A stretch of DNA of 64,000 bases from a virus (IMGVR_UViG_3300046533_001163); one strand, 5' to 3'; counted from the stretch's first letter, positions 45,924 to 56,085 are shown. A program made the numbers and translations. The notes: generated by a model from the letters alone, not told the origin.

Positions 45924-46871
45924 TTAACCGCCAACTAGTTTCACCCAAATACTAATAGCCTTGCCCAATTTCACATAATACTCGTCCATAGTTTTTTGCA
46001 ATCCATCTGCAATCTCTAGCATGCACTCGCTTGGCGTACTGCCCACCATAGGAATATCATCTATAACTTTCCAAAAAGTTTCATTCCTCTGAATTCCAGC
46101 AGCTTCTTTAATCAAATTAACAAAGCAATTACTTGCTCTTGAGTGATTCACAAAAGGCTCGCCAACGGCCACCAATAAATTTAAATGATGGCAAACCTTT
46201 AATAAAATTACCCCGCACCAGATATCATCAAACCTTGAGAACATCTGATCTTCTCCCATTAATGGAAAATACATTAATGGGAGAATTTCTTTTTTAAAAC
46301 ATAAATTCATTCCGCAAACTGGCATATATTTACCATTAGGGACAATCATAGTTCCATTCGGAACAGAGTCGCACTCAGGATTTCTCAACCGATTAAGTTC
46401 TTGTGGAGCATCATAATCAAGATTATTAATCCATAGGCCCGCATTCAAAACAACATTATTCATCAAACCCAAATTTTGATATGGAAATCCCCTGGTCTTA
46501 ATATTAGGCACTGATTCAATCCACTTAGACTGTTCTGACAACTGCTTAACATGCTTCTTTACGAAATCGTCACCTACCGGCATGCAATCATCGTCTAAAG
46601 TAAAAACGTAGTCCGCGCCAAGTCGCCTCACTGCTGCATAAAATCCAAAATTTCTTACGGCAGAATCTTTCTTGCTAATAATCCATGAATTATCTTTAAG
46701 TGAATCTTGTATCTCTTGCCAAGAATAATGACAGTCAACATCTATATTAAATGTTTTCTTTGGGCCATCTTCAACAACAACAATATAATCCCACTGTTTA
46801 AGATCCCATGATCCAAGAAACTTTTTTAAATTACTTTCACGATTAGAAGGAATTACTAGGGCTGTGGTCAT
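45924..46871 (-). CDS. RGP/UAM (UDP-arabinopyranose mutase, reversibly glycosylated polypeptide)-like protein
   Basis: KDSAVRNFGF, FTLDDDC, RGFPY, GLW...DYDAP, CGMNL.F, MYFPLMG....RFDDIW, HSRASN.FVNL.KE, as in plant RGPs. Confidence 0.85.
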   Translation of the reverse strand: MTTALVIPSNRESNLKKFLGSWDLKQWDYIVVVEDGPKKTFNIDVDCHYSWQEIQDSLKDNSWIISKKDSAVRNFGFYAAVRRLGADYVFTLDDDCMPVGDDFVKKHVKQLSEQSKWIESVPNIKTRGFPYQNLGLMNNVVLNAGLWINNLDYDAPQELNRLRNPECDSVPNGTMIVPNGKYMPVCGMNLCFKKEILPLMYFPLMGEDQMFSRFDDIWCGVILLKVCHHLNLLVAVGEPFVNHSRASNCFVNLIKEAAGIQRNETFWKVIDDIPMVGSTPSECMLEIADGLQKTMDEYYVKLGKAISIWVKLVGG

Positions 46872-48264
46872 AAAGAATTTTATCAATTATATCTGTAGTA
46901 GACGGTAAATCAAACTTAGGAGTCAAGATTACGTTATCTTCTCCAACTATAGAGCATCCTACTATTTCACTTTTAGAAACATAGTCGCCACCTTTACATA
47001 TGTAATTTGGGACTATTACTTTAATTATTTGCTCAGGAGTAACCTCGTCAAACGAAACAACAAAATCAATACAATCAAGCAAAGATAATGTTGTCATCCT
47101 ATCATTCAATGAAATGACTGGCCTGCTATCGCCCTTGAGCTGTTTAACACTCTTGTCAGAGTTAACCCCTACAACTAGCTTGCATCGTCTCTTATCCGCT
47201 TCACTTTTAGCATACTGTAATTGCTTAATATGAGACGCATGCAACAAATCGTAGCATCCATTCGTAAAAACTAAACCAAAATCTCTCAGCTTTAAATCTA
47301 ACGGATTTACTATTTTGCCGGACAAATCGGCAGGACTCACTGGCTGGTTCATACCTTTTTGCACATAAGATGCACCGGCGTTCCATGCAATTTCAATCGC
47401 ATCCGGTATTTCAAACCCATGTCCTAAAGACAAGGACATAACCGCAACAAAGGCATCGCCGGCACCTACTGAACTTTTGGCTTTTACCATACGCTTAGGC
47501 TCATAACAAAAATAATCTTTATTATAAACTCCAGAAACGATTCCGCCACTGTGCGTAATTACAACAGACTTACACTGAAGTATGTTCTGTAAATAAACAG
47601 ATTGCTCTTTCCAGTTTTTAAGGCCAGTAAATCTTTCGGCCTCAATAGCATTAAGCTTAAACACAGTACAGCCAATCCATTTAGATAAATCTCCATCTTT
47701 TGGATCTACTATCGTAATATTATTTTTAAATGGCTCAATGTAATTAAAATCAGGCTTAGAAAAAAATCCCTTTGAGTAGTCTGATAGCACAATTACCGTA
47801 GACGCACTACATTTAGTTTTTATATTATTAATAACTTGATTTACCGCATTCTCAATATCACTTTGTGTCGTCCCGTATAACGGTGGCTCAATATCATGTC
47901 TAATTATCTGAATGCCTTCGCTGGTTAAAAATCGTCTTTTAACAGGCATAGAAAAAAACGACTCATCTGATGGATACAGACATTCAATCTGATTTTCACG
48001 AAACAACCAATTGTACCTCGGGTCGTAAAGACATCCTAGCTTAACCGACGAATTAAAATACTTAAACTGCGCAGCAACATTGGCGCAACCACCCAACTTA
48101 CAAACAGGAACATCATCTAATGAATGAAGAACCGGAAATGGGCCTTCTGGCGAAATTCTATTTACGCTCACATTCAAATACTCGTCTACCATAGTATCGC
48201 CAAGGCAAATAACGTCTATCTTTTTTTGACGATTAAACTCTAAAAATTTGGATAAAACAGTCAT
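46843..48264 (-). CDS. hldE: Bifunctional heptose-7-phosphate kinase / ADP-heptose synthase
   Basis: GDTMVDEY....NRISPEGP.PV, GGCANVA, SDY.KG, VGAGD, then VFTNGCYDLLHASH, VGVNSD.SV..LKG..RP, KGGDY. Confidence 0.92.
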   Translation of the reverse strand: MTVLSKFLEFNRQKKIDVICLGDTMVDEYLNVSVNRISPEGPFPVLHSLDDVPVCKLGGCANVAAQFKYFNSSVKLGCLYDPRYNWLFRENQIECLYPSDESFFSMPVKRRFLTSEGIQIIRHDIEPPLYGTTQSDIENAVNQVINNIKTKCSASTVIVLSDYSKGFFSKPDFNYIEPFKNNITIVDPKDGDLSKWIGCTVFKLNAIEAERFTGLKNWKEQSVYLQNILQCKSVVITHSGGIVSGVYNKDYFCYEPKRMVKAKSSVGAGDAFVAVMSLSLGHGFEIPDAIEIAWNAGASYVQKGMNQPVSPADLSGKIVNPLDLKLRDFGLVFTNGCYDLLHASHIKQLQYAKSEADKRRCKLVVGVNSDKSVKQLKGDSRPVISLNDRMTTLSLLDCIDFVVSFDEVTPEQIIKVIVPNYICKGGDYVSKSEIVGCSIVGEDNVILTPKFDLPSTTDIIDKILYDHSPSNSF

Positions 48265-48291
48265 ATTGAGCTAGTAATAAAGGAAATTGTG

Positions 48292-48300
48292 TGCTATAAT
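48292..48300 (+). promoter_or_regulatory. Extended -10 promoter for lat
   Basis: TGCTATAAT (TGnTATAAT) 24 nt before ATG 48325. Confidence 0.6.
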
Positions 48301-48324
48301 GTAGTACCAAGCAAGGGAAAAATC

Positions 48325-49599
48325 ATGAACAACATAGAAATCAAAGATTATCTAAAAACTAAAATTCCATTTGACGATTCAGCAAAAACCATTGATTTCA
48401 AGAAATCACACGGTTCTTTCCTAGTAGATGCTGACGGCACTGAATACCTAGACCTATGTACATCTTTCGGCTCCGGATCTATCGGGTATAATCACCCCAA
48501 GCTACGCGAAAAAATGATGGAACATTCAGAAGTATTTATCAACAAAATTTCCAATGCAGACCTTTACAGCTCTATACAGGCCAACTTTATAAAGAAGCTT
48601 TTTCAAATATTGCCGTCTGGATTTGAAAAATGTTTTTTAGTCGATAACGGAACTAACGCTGTTGATGCTGCACTCAAAACATGCTTTGACTTCTACGCCA
48701 AGAAACATAATATTAAAGAAGAAGATATTAATAATTTAAATATCATATCCTTCCAAAACGGATTTCATGGCAGATGCGGCATTCCTATTAGTTTAACCTG
48801 CACCGATATAAATAAAACAAAACTATACCCTAAACATAAATTCACAAAAATAACCCCTCCTGGCGTTCACCACCCAATAGATGTCAGAAAAGTTGAACAA
48901 CTAGAAGCAATAAGCTTAAACGAACTAGAAAACGCGCTATTTTCAGGTGGCATTGTAGCGGTTATAATGGAGCCGCTACTCAGTGAAGGCGGAAATATCA
49001 TACTTAGAAAAGAATATCTCCAAAAAGTCAGAGACATGACAGAGAGATATGGAACATTTTTAATCTTTGACGAAGTTCAAACATTCGCTATGACAGAAAA
49101 ATTCTGGCTGTCAGAATATTACGGGGTTATACCAGACATCATATGTTTTGGTAAAAAGCTTCAAATTTCTGGATTTGCCGTCAATTCAAAAATTAATGAA
49201 GTACCAAATAACGTCTTCGTAGAAAAAAGTAGAATATCTAGCACCTTCTGCGGGTCAACGGCAGACATGCTAAGAGCTACATTTATATTAGAAATCATCC
49301 AAGAAGAAAATTTACTTGCCAATGCACAAAATCAAGGCGAATATATCGTCAACAAAATAACCGAATTAAGCCAGAAATACAAGTCAATAACAAACATACG
49401 AGGGATTGGATTTCTAATTGGGTTTGACCTACCTACCGCCGATATGAGAGATGCCCTTGCCAAGGAATTAAATAAACAGTTATTTATACTAACTTGCGGA
49501 AAACAATCAATACGATTAAGGCCGTTCCTAAACATGTCTAGAAATGAATGTAATACATTTCTCGGTGTTCTTGAATTTGCTCTTAACAATACTATCTAA
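48325..49599 (+). CDS. lat: Class III PLP aminotransferase, L-lysine 6-transaminase-like
   Basis: S.GS.LVD, YLD, GYNHP, FHGR, EP..SEGG, FDEVQT, FGKK(PLP-Lys)LQ, RISSTF.G...DM.RA. Confidence 0.85.
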   Translation: MNNIEIKDYLKTKIPFDDSAKTIDFKKSHGSFLVDADGTEYLDLCTSFGSGSIGYNHPKLREKMMEHSEVFINKISNADLYSSIQANFIKKLFQILPSGFEKCFLVDNGTNAVDAALKTCFDFYAKKHNIKEEDINNLNIISFQNGFHGRCGIPISLTCTDINKTKLYPKHKFTKITPPGVHHPIDVRKVEQLEAISLNELENALFSGGIVAVIMEPLLSEGGNIILRKEYLQKVRDMTERYGTFLIFDEVQTFAMTEKFWLSEYYGVIPDIICFGKKLQISGFAVNSKINEVPNNVFVEKSRISSTFCGSTADMLRATFILEIIQEENLLANAQNQGEYIVNKITELSQKYKSITNIRGIGFLIGFDLPTADMRDALAKELNKQLFILTCGKQSIRLRPFLNMSRNECNTFLGVLEFALNNTI

Positions 49600-49602
49600 A
49601 AA

Positions 49603-50484
49603 TTAGCAGTCATCATCAGGCGGTGGTGGGGCATCAGGGATATAGCCATCATCATCAACTGGTGGCGGAACATTCCCATAATAATATCCTTCTTCTTCAG
49701 ATGGATCTGCCTTCTCCATTACAGGGGAAGTTAGCAACAATATACTAAGCTCAGAAAAATCATCGTCACTATTAGACCAAACCCAATCTAAATTTCCACT
49801 AACATCTTTAGACATGTCTTTTAATAAGTCAATAGACATCATAAAAGCAACATGATCTAAAGGACGGCCACTTTTGTCAATCACAAAAGCCCGAATTCCA
49901 ACTAAACCATAATCCAGCCAGCTACCAGATCCGCTATCTCCGGAAATAGTCGGCACATTAATTCTATGAAAAGTGCGTTCGGATAGCGATTTACTACGAT
50001 AATTCACGCCGGTGACTTCTCCGGAGTTCAGCCTAGGAACGGCTGTTCCATCACCTAATCCAAAACTAAAAACCTTAGTCCCGATATAAAGCTTTTCGCC
50101 AAAACTTATCGTTGCAGTGCATAGCTTTTTAGGGGTTACAAAAAATACAAGAGCCATATCAGTTTCAAAATCAGCATAATAAACCCGAGCCGCATATGTG
50201 CTAGCACTATCATATTCAGACCAGTTTTTATACTGATTAACGCCAACTTTACAAGTTAAGTCTGTATCAACAACATGAGCACATGTTAGCGCTATATTAT
50301 AATAAACATCGTCTACTTTATAACTTTTTAAAACCGTACCAGTTCCCATATGACCCTCTGCTGTTGTTATTCTAACAGTGGGGTATAGACATTTTAAATG
50401 TAAATTAATATTAGGACTAGCAGAAAATATAGGAGAAACGAAAAAACTACAGGCAACAATGATGGTTAATGCAAGTCGGCTCAA
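49603..50484 (-). CDS. Secreted trypsin-like (S1) serine protease
   Basis: Signal peptide; LTCAHVV (His), DMAL (Asp), GDSGSG (Ser). Confidence 0.85.
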   Translation of the reverse strand: MSRLALTIIVACSFFVSPIFSASPNINLHLKCLYPTVRITTAEGHMGTGTVLKSYKVDDVYYNIALTCAHVVDTDLTCKVGVNQYKNWSEYDSASTYAARVYYADFETDMALVFFVTPKKLCTATISFGEKLYIGTKVFSFGLGDGTAVPRLNSGEVTGVNYRSKSLSERTFHRINVPTISGDSGSGSWLDYGLVGIRAFVIDKSGRPLDHVAFMMSIDLLKDMSKDVSGNLDWVWSNSDDDFSELSILLLTSPVMEKADPSEEEGYYYGNVPPPVDDDGYIPDAPPPPDDDC

Positions 50485-50539
50485 ATGATACTCCTAATGA
50501 AACGATAGAATAATATATCTAAGGTTGAATAAATATTAT

Positions 50540-51202
50540 ATGACAAACAAGTATTTAGTTATAATAATCATATTATTATTGGCCGTAATCATATTTAGAC
50601 ACAGCAGAACCACCATTGAAGTTGGCGTTCATCAGCCTAATACAAGCGAAAAAGTAAACCTAGATCCAGCAGTGCCGAAAGAAGACGTCGTAACCGAACC
50701 GACTCCAGCAGAAACTCCCAACACAGAAGTCAAAACAGACAGTCCCCCTATGGTAATTGCTCCGGTGCCGGTGCCTGCCCCAATCCCAGTGCCCGACACA
50801 GTACCCCCACCAAAGAGTAACGATGTGGTTTTTGTGTATAGCATGACCGATGCTATTAAAAAATCTAAAGAATTAAACAAAAAAATATTAGTATTCTTTC
50901 ACGCTCCATGGTGCGGAGCATGCGAAACAATGAAAGACTATTTTCCAGGCTCTAAGCATCCTAATAAAGATGTAAAGACCGCCATGTTAGATTACGTTGT
51001 CTTTATGTGTAATACTGACGTTGACAGGGCAATGGCTAAAAAATATGGAATTTACGGACTCCCAACCTATATTATCATTGATGAAAATGAAAATATCATC
51101 AAAAGCGGTGTCGGAGGACTACCAGCAAGACAATTTATTAGCTGGCTAAACATATCTAAATCAACAAAACCTAAAGCCAGATTTAATAACTCAAGACGAT
51201 AG
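50540..51202 (+). CDS. Membrane-anchored thioredoxin-fold protein
   Basis: N-terminal TM, Pro-rich linker, WCGAC, cis-Pro loop GLPT; TAAATA-ttat-ATG. Confidence 0.85.
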   Translation: MTNKYLVIIIILLLAVIIFRHSRTTIEVGVHQPNTSEKVNLDPAVPKEDVVTEPTPAETPNTEVKTDSPPMVIAPVPVPAPIPVPDTVPPPKSNDVVFVYSMTDAIKKSKELNKKILVFFHAPWCGACETMKDYFPGSKHPNKDVKTAMLDYVVFMCNTDVDRAMAKKYGIYGLPTYIIIDENENIIKSGVGGLPARQFISWLNISKSTKPKARFNNSRR

Positions 51203-51212
51203 AAAGAACAAA

Positions 51213-51581
51213 ATGACGAACATATTAGAAAAAGAAACACAAGCTGTAATTGCTGAATGGAATGCCATAAAGCCAACCGTTGCCGCTGGAGCCAAGGCGG
51301 CGTGGAAGTCAGTATCGGGATTTATGCTTAACGCCTTAGATGTGTTCGTTATTGCAGTAGAACCTATGATACTGGCTGGCGGCGATAAAAAAGTTGCTGT
51401 TTTAACCGCTATTTCGTTAACATATGACTCTGTTGTTGCGCCTTTAATGCCTTTTTATCTAAAACCATTTAACTCCGCTATCAAGGCATTTATCATAATG
51501 ACATTAGCGTCTTCTATGATTGATTTCGTAGTAAAGCAATATAATAAAATGGGTGGCGTACCTATGCAAGCTGCGAGCTAA
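51213..51581 (+). CDS. Hydrophobic hypothetical protein (holin-like composition, unconfirmed)
   Basis: 122 aa, amphipathic helices, G.DKK..V motif. Confidence 0.45.
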   Translation: MTNILEKETQAVIAEWNAIKPTVAAGAKAAWKSVSGFMLNALDVFVIAVEPMILAGGDKKVAVLTAISLTYDSVVAPLMPFYLKPFNSAIKAFIIMTLASSMIDFVVKQYNKMGGVPMQAAS

Positions 51582-51585
51582 TTTA

Positions 51586-52059
51586 ATGTTTAAAACATGG
51601 CTAGAAACAGTGCAATTAGAAAAACCTTTTGTATTTCTTGATCTTGATGAAACACTAATTCACTGTTTGGATTATCCAGATGCAGAATCTATTATAGCAA
51701 GGCCGCATTTAGAGCAATTTTTAAAATCGGCCAACAAATTCGCTAACTTATGTATTCTAACAAGAAGTCCCAAAAAATATGCAGATGCCATCATGCATAA
51801 CTTAGGGCTATCTGAGTACTTTGCCCACATATTCAGTAGCAGGGACGATAATGATATATGTAAAAAATTAAACTTAGACAAACAAAAATGGGTATTGGTG
51901 GACAATCGCTATGCCGATTTTCCCTACACCATTGAGAAGATGGGCCAACTTGGAAACAACGGCGAGTTGATCAAAATCAAATCATGGATAGGCGATAAAA
52001 ATGATAATAGATTAATGAAAATTATACCCAAAATCAAAAAAACATTAAATATCACATAA
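51586..52059 (+). CDS. NIF/FCP1-like HAD phosphatase
   Basis: FLDLDETLIH, RPHL..FL, T.S...YA, LVDN; start MFKTWLE. Confidence 0.8.
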   Translation: MFKTWLETVQLEKPFVFLDLDETLIHCLDYPDAESIIARPHLEQFLKSANKFANLCILTRSPKKYADAIMHNLGLSEYFAHIFSSRDDNDICKKLNLDKQKWVLVDNRYADFPYTIEKMGQLGNNGELIKIKSWIGDKNDNRLMKIIPKIKKTLNIT

Positions 52060-52093
52060 GATAACTTTCCGAGCCAGAAATAATAAATATAAT

Positions 52094-53035
52094 ATGGCAA
52101 AGAAAAAATACAAAAAAAATACATGCTTCCTACCAAAGTTCACCGTAGAACCAGTGGTTAGTATGCTAGAAGCATCCCAACGCGCAGGATGGCAAATTAC
52201 TAAATTTGACTTCCCTGACGTTTGGAAATATACAAGAGGCAAAGGTGTGGTCGTCGCCGTTATTGATAGCGGCTGCGATATGGATCATGAAGATTTAAAA
52301 GACAACCTTATCCCAGGCCCTAACTTCGTTATCCCTACATCCTTGCCAGAAGATGACTGTGGCCACGGTACGCATTGCGCCAGTTTGATCGCGGCCGAGA
52401 ATAATGAAGTAGGTTTGATCGGACAATCCCCAGAAGCCAAAGTAATGGTAATTAAAACATTGGACAGAAACGGGATAGGAAATTTACAGACTGTAGCCAA
52501 GGCTATCAGGTGGGCGGTAGACAGTAAGGCCGATATAATTTCTATGTCACTAGGATGTCCTAATGAAACTCCAGAAATATATAAAGCCGTAATGTATGCC
52601 TATAGCCAGAACGTACCTATATTCTGCGCATCTGGAAACTCTGGAAACCTAAACAATATATTCTGGCCCGCAAATTATAAAGAAACAATAAGCGTATCTG
52701 CTTATGATGAAAATATGCACAGAGCGCATTTTGCCAACGTATCTCCAAATATTAACTTCTTTGCGCCAGGGACATCGTTATTCGGAGCATATCTAAATAA
52801 TGATTATACGATTATGTCTGGAACAAGCATGGCCTGCCCGATAATGGCATCTGCCGCTGCTCTGATATTATCATATAAGAGAAACTATCAAACAGATATT
52901 AAATTAAATTCTGTTGAGGACTACCGAGATATTCTAAAACAATACTGCAAGCCTATTAGCGATAACTGCTCTCAGGGATTTGGGTTCTTTAATCCAGATG
53001 TATTTTTAGAGTGGATTAAGAAACAGCCGGTCTAA
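52094..53035 (+). CDS. Subtilisin-family (S8) protease
   Basis: VAVIDSG, HGTHCA, SGNSG, GTSMACP; TAAATA-taat-ATG. Confidence 0.93.
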   Translation: MAKKKYKKNTCFLPKFTVEPVVSMLEASQRAGWQITKFDFPDVWKYTRGKGVVVAVIDSGCDMDHEDLKDNLIPGPNFVIPTSLPEDDCGHGTHCASLIAAENNEVGLIGQSPEAKVMVIKTLDRNGIGNLQTVAKAIRWAVDSKADIISMSLGCPNETPEIYKAVMYAYSQNVPIFCASGNSGNLNNIFWPANYKETISVSAYDENMHRAHFANVSPNINFFAPGTSLFGAYLNNDYTIMSGTSMACPIMASAAALILSYKRNYQTDIKLNSVEDYRDILKQYCKPISDNCSQGFGFFNPDVFLEWIKKQPV

Positions 53036-53217
53036 TCACCTAATTTTGTTTTAGGATCAATTTTATCAATTTCTATTTTGTTCGCAAATTTTTTAGGCGA
53101 ACAATACTTTTGAATATCCTCTTCAGTCAAACGGCCATGACGATCTGGCGTAAGAAATTTCTGCCAGTCATGTGGTCGCCACAACTTCAAATTTTTTATG
53201 TACTGTTCTGATGCCAT
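53032..53217 (-). CDS. Hypothetical protein
   Basis: 61 aa. Confidence 0.5.
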   Translation of the reverse strand: MASEQYIKNLKLWRPHDWQKFLTPDRHGRLTEEDIQKYCSPKKFANKIEIDKIDPKTKLGD

Positions 53218-53747
53218 TAGTCTATTTTTACTTTCTTTGCAATCAATTCTTCCTTTAATTTTTTAAACTCGGCAACCTTTTTTTTAGTCCGCTCCTTATC
53301 ATACCAAGCCTCATATAAAGACATGATTTCTTTAAAGATTTCTTTTTCTTTGCTAATGGCGGCTATTCTCTTATTATGAGCAGACAATTCCTGCTTATAT
53401 TTAACATTAACCTTTGGCTGATTACACTTGAGCATAATAGAGCAACAATCATCTTCGGGATACTCTACTGCAACAGCGTAACTTAAGATATCTTTACACT
53501 CACAGTTTTCATGAATATACTTTGAGATATCATTCATGGATATCTCATTTCCTACATAAAATGTATGAATATATCGGTAATTATTAAACACTTCAACTGG
53601 CGGAAGTGGCTGGCCCCATGGAATACTTAAATACGGAGATTTATCTGGACGAAAATTAATATACGAATATCGTTTGCGTAATTTTTCAGGCACATAAGAA
53701 GGAAATTTAATTTTATCAAACATTTTTACTCTCCACCAATCAATCAA
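53217..53747 (-). CDS. Hypothetical protein, paralog of 53740-54222
   Basis: Shared P..L.K.Y..INF, FY.G, KDI..YA, EK.IF, IA.F.KLK..L.AK...D. Confidence 0.65.
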   Translation of the reverse strand: MIDWWRVKMFDKIKFPSYVPEKLRKRYSYINFRPDKSPYLSIPWGQPLPPVEVFNNYRYIHTFYVGNEISMNDISKYIHENCECKDILSYAVAVEYPEDDCCSIMLKCNQPKVNVKYKQELSAHNKRIAAISKEKEIFKEIMSLYEAWYDKERTKKKVAEFKKLKEELIAKKVKID

Positions 53748-54222
53748 TTAACTGTTTTGCCTTTAATTTGTTTTTTAATTTATTAAACTGGGCAATCTCT
53801 GATTTGGTCTGTTCTTCTTCTACAAAGTTATTATAAGCCGCAAGCACTGCCGGAAATATCTTTTTCTCTTCCTCATATATCTCGCTATCCTTCTGATACT
53901 TCTTGAGCAGAGTTTGATACTGTGGACTTTTCACATTCTTAATGTACATTAAATTAATTTCGGTTCCGTTCAATTCATCATAATTAGAATTTAGGGCATA
54001 ATGGCTAATATCCTTATCATCACGATTATTATTAATATACTCAATAATGCTTGTGATGTATACTTCTCCACTATAAAACGAATAAACGCTTTCAAGTTTT
54101 ACATAAGACTCATTAGGAGGAGTAGGATTCACCATAGATGGACTGCTAAATGAAAAATTAATAAACTTATAATCTTTTTTCAAATGCTCGGGCAAATTAC
54201 TAACATCAAACTTCTTAAACAT
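53740..54222 (-). CDS. Hypothetical protein, paralog of 53217-53747
   Basis: Same shared motifs as 53217-53747. Confidence 0.65.
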   Translation of the reverse strand: MFKKFDVSNLPEHLKKDYKFINFSFSSPSMVNPTPPNESYVKLESVYSFYSGEVYITSIIEYINNNRDDKDISHYALNSNYDELNGTEINLMYIKNVKSPQYQTLLKKYQKDSEIYEEEKKIFPAVLAAYNNFVEEEQTKSEIAQFNKLKNKLKAKQLID

Positions 54223-54682
54223 TTTTCATTCTCCTAATTTCATCTCTTATTTTTGCTGCTTCTTCGTATCTTTCTTCTAAGACAGCAGCTTTCATTTTTT
54301 GTTCTAGTAATAGAATCGTCTTCTTATTATCTTTCTTTAATGGACGACGACCCACATGAATAGTTTTTTTACAATGCTTCTGCAAAAATGGCATAATAAA
54401 ATCACTAAACGCTTCATAGCACTTCGGGCACCCCAACCTACCATTTTTAGTAAAATTAAATAAAGTCATCCCACAAACGCACTCTGATCCTGGTTTCTCA
54501 CTTTCTACCGGCGGCAGCTCAAACCCAACTGCATCTATTAGTTTAAAAAGCTCATCTTTCAAGCCATATTTTACGGCGCAATCACGACAAGCCGAAACTG
54601 AAGTTTTTTTGCCATCAATAATTTTAACTACAGAAAGTATTCTCGGCTTATCGCAAGGCTCATCGGTGAATGGGCAATTCAT
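54215..54682 (-). CDS. mcsA: McsA-like protein (CxxC repeats plus UVR domain)
   Basis: ACRDCA, CVCGMT..NF...GRLGCPKCYEAF, HVGRRP, AAVLEERYEEAAKIRDEI. Confidence 0.9.
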   Translation of the reverse strand: MNCPFTDEPCDKPRILSVVKIIDGKKTSVSACRDCAVKYGLKDELFKLIDAVGFELPPVESEKPGSECVCGMTLFNFTKNGRLGCPKCYEAFSDFIMPFLQKHCKKTIHVGRRPLKKDNKKTILLLEQKMKAAVLEERYEEAAKIRDEIRRMKNV

Positions 54683-55254
54683 TCTTTTTCCTTCGGCTTT
54701 TCATCCTGTGGAATCAATCGAAGCTTCTGGTAAACTTTAATCATTTGTTTTCTGTAAACAACACACTCTTTCTTATCCTCTTCTAAAAGAAACGCTATAT
54801 TGCCTGCGATAACCTTATCTAAAAATGCAATATGCTTGCTAGCGAAATCTTTACTCAAGCTTAAATATCGTGCTGACAAATCAACAAATTCTGCACTCAA
54901 ATCTCCACCATCTACTGACTGTAACTTGCTGGCCATCTGTAAATGTATTTGATACTGCTTATATGACAACCCATAATACTTCTCAAATACCTTAAGGATA
55001 TAAGCAATTTTTTCGTAATCGTCCATATCTGAAAATTTATGTTTTTTGTCAGCAGATTGATAATTCTTATAGGTATCAAAATTATCAATACCCCCCAGTA
55101 CTTCGGTCATTTCTTTCAATGTAGTCTCACTAAGCTTAATAACTTTATCAAGCGCTGCTGCTTGATCGGGGGTCGGCGTAGGAGAGGCGACCAAGTAATT
55201 GGAGCTAGCAATAGAAACCACAAACAACAGAGTCATCATCATCATTTTTCGCAT
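54679..55254 (-). CDS. Hypothetical secreted helical protein
   Basis: N-terminal signal peptide. Confidence 0.6.
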   Translation of the reverse strand: MRKMMMMTLLFVVSIASSNYLVASPTPTPDQAAALDKVIKLSETTLKEMTEVLGGIDNFDTYKNYQSADKKHKFSDMDDYEKIAYILKVFEKYYGLSYKQYQIHLQMASKLQSVDGGDLSAEFVDLSARYLSLSKDFASKHIAFLDKVIAGNIAFLLEEDKKECVVYRKQMIKVYQKLRLIPQDEKPKEKE

Positions 55255-56080
55255 CTCTTATCTCCTGTAAGGTTAAAACTTTGGGAAGAACATCATTAGA
55301 TATTTTACTAATCTCAATTTTCTGAATACTTCTTAAAGAAGTCCGCGGTTCACTGTTACTTTTTACTTGCTTAACCGGACAACCAGTAAAAAAATGAACC
55401 TTTTTTAACTTTTCCTGCTCTTCTATAATGTTTTTATCTAAGAAGGCATGTTGGTACGCCTCTTGCCAATAATCGTACTCATAGTCTTTAAGAATAAAAT
55501 CCCCGAATCCCTGATTGGTGAAAAAGTCCTTAACTAACATGCAATCAATTCCACACTTATTGGCAATATCATAGGCAAAAGATATTATCACAGACAAAGT
55601 AAATCCTATGTCTGCTTTATTCCTGCGTGACAACTCCATAACATAATCACGCATACCACTATACGGACTATGCCAAACAAAACAATCTGATACTGCCGCC
55701 TTTTCAGCATCCCTAGAATAAAGATCAAACAAATCTCCGATATTATCAAATCGGTATTCTGCTAATCCACTAAATTGCGGATCAAAATTGAACGTCATCC
55801 AAGCTAGCGCACATCTATGGATGCTGCCAAGACAGCAAGACTGCTTTCTATCTACCTGATTTTCAATCTGCCGAAATTTTCTAATAATAAAATCACAAAA
55901 ATCAAGTTCCGTAATTCTATGCCGGAGCTGAACCGGCAAGTTGAGATAATTTTTATCCAATTTTGCAAAGTACGAATGCAGAGCATCCAATTTACAGGCT
56001 ACAATGCCAGGAAGAAGACACTTCCACTGGCCCATTAAAGCGCCATCATATTTAATGTCGCTGATAAATCGTGCGCTCAT
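55205..56080 (-). CDS. Hypothetical protein, 291 aa
   Basis: Long ORF; no family recognised. Confidence 0.65.
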   Translation of the reverse strand: MSARFISDIKYDGALMGQWKCLLPGIVACKLDALHSYFAKLDKNYLNLPVQLRHRITELDFCDFIIRKFRQIENQVDRKQSCCLGSIHRCALAWMTFNFDPQFSGLAEYRFDNIGDLFDLYSRDAEKAAVSDCFVWHSPYSGMRDYVMELSRRNKADIGFTLSVIISFAYDIANKCGIDCMLVKDFFTNQGFGDFILKDYEYDYWQEAYQHAFLDKNIIEEQEKLKKVHFFTGCPVKQVKSNSEPRTSLRSIQKIEISKISNDVLPKVLTLQEIRDAKNDDDDSVVCGFYC

Positions 56081-56085
56081 TATTT

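Noticed and set aside
48325-49599. Aromatic aminotransferase feeding the decarboxylase (Ehrlich/IAA route)
   Set aside because: Class III omega-aminotransferase most like Lat, not an alpha-amino-acid transaminase.
51586-52059. GmhB heptose-bisphosphate phosphatase completing the heptose pathway
   Set aside because: Motif is DLDET (NIF/FCP1 type), not the DRDG plus CxH..C Zn signature of GmhB.
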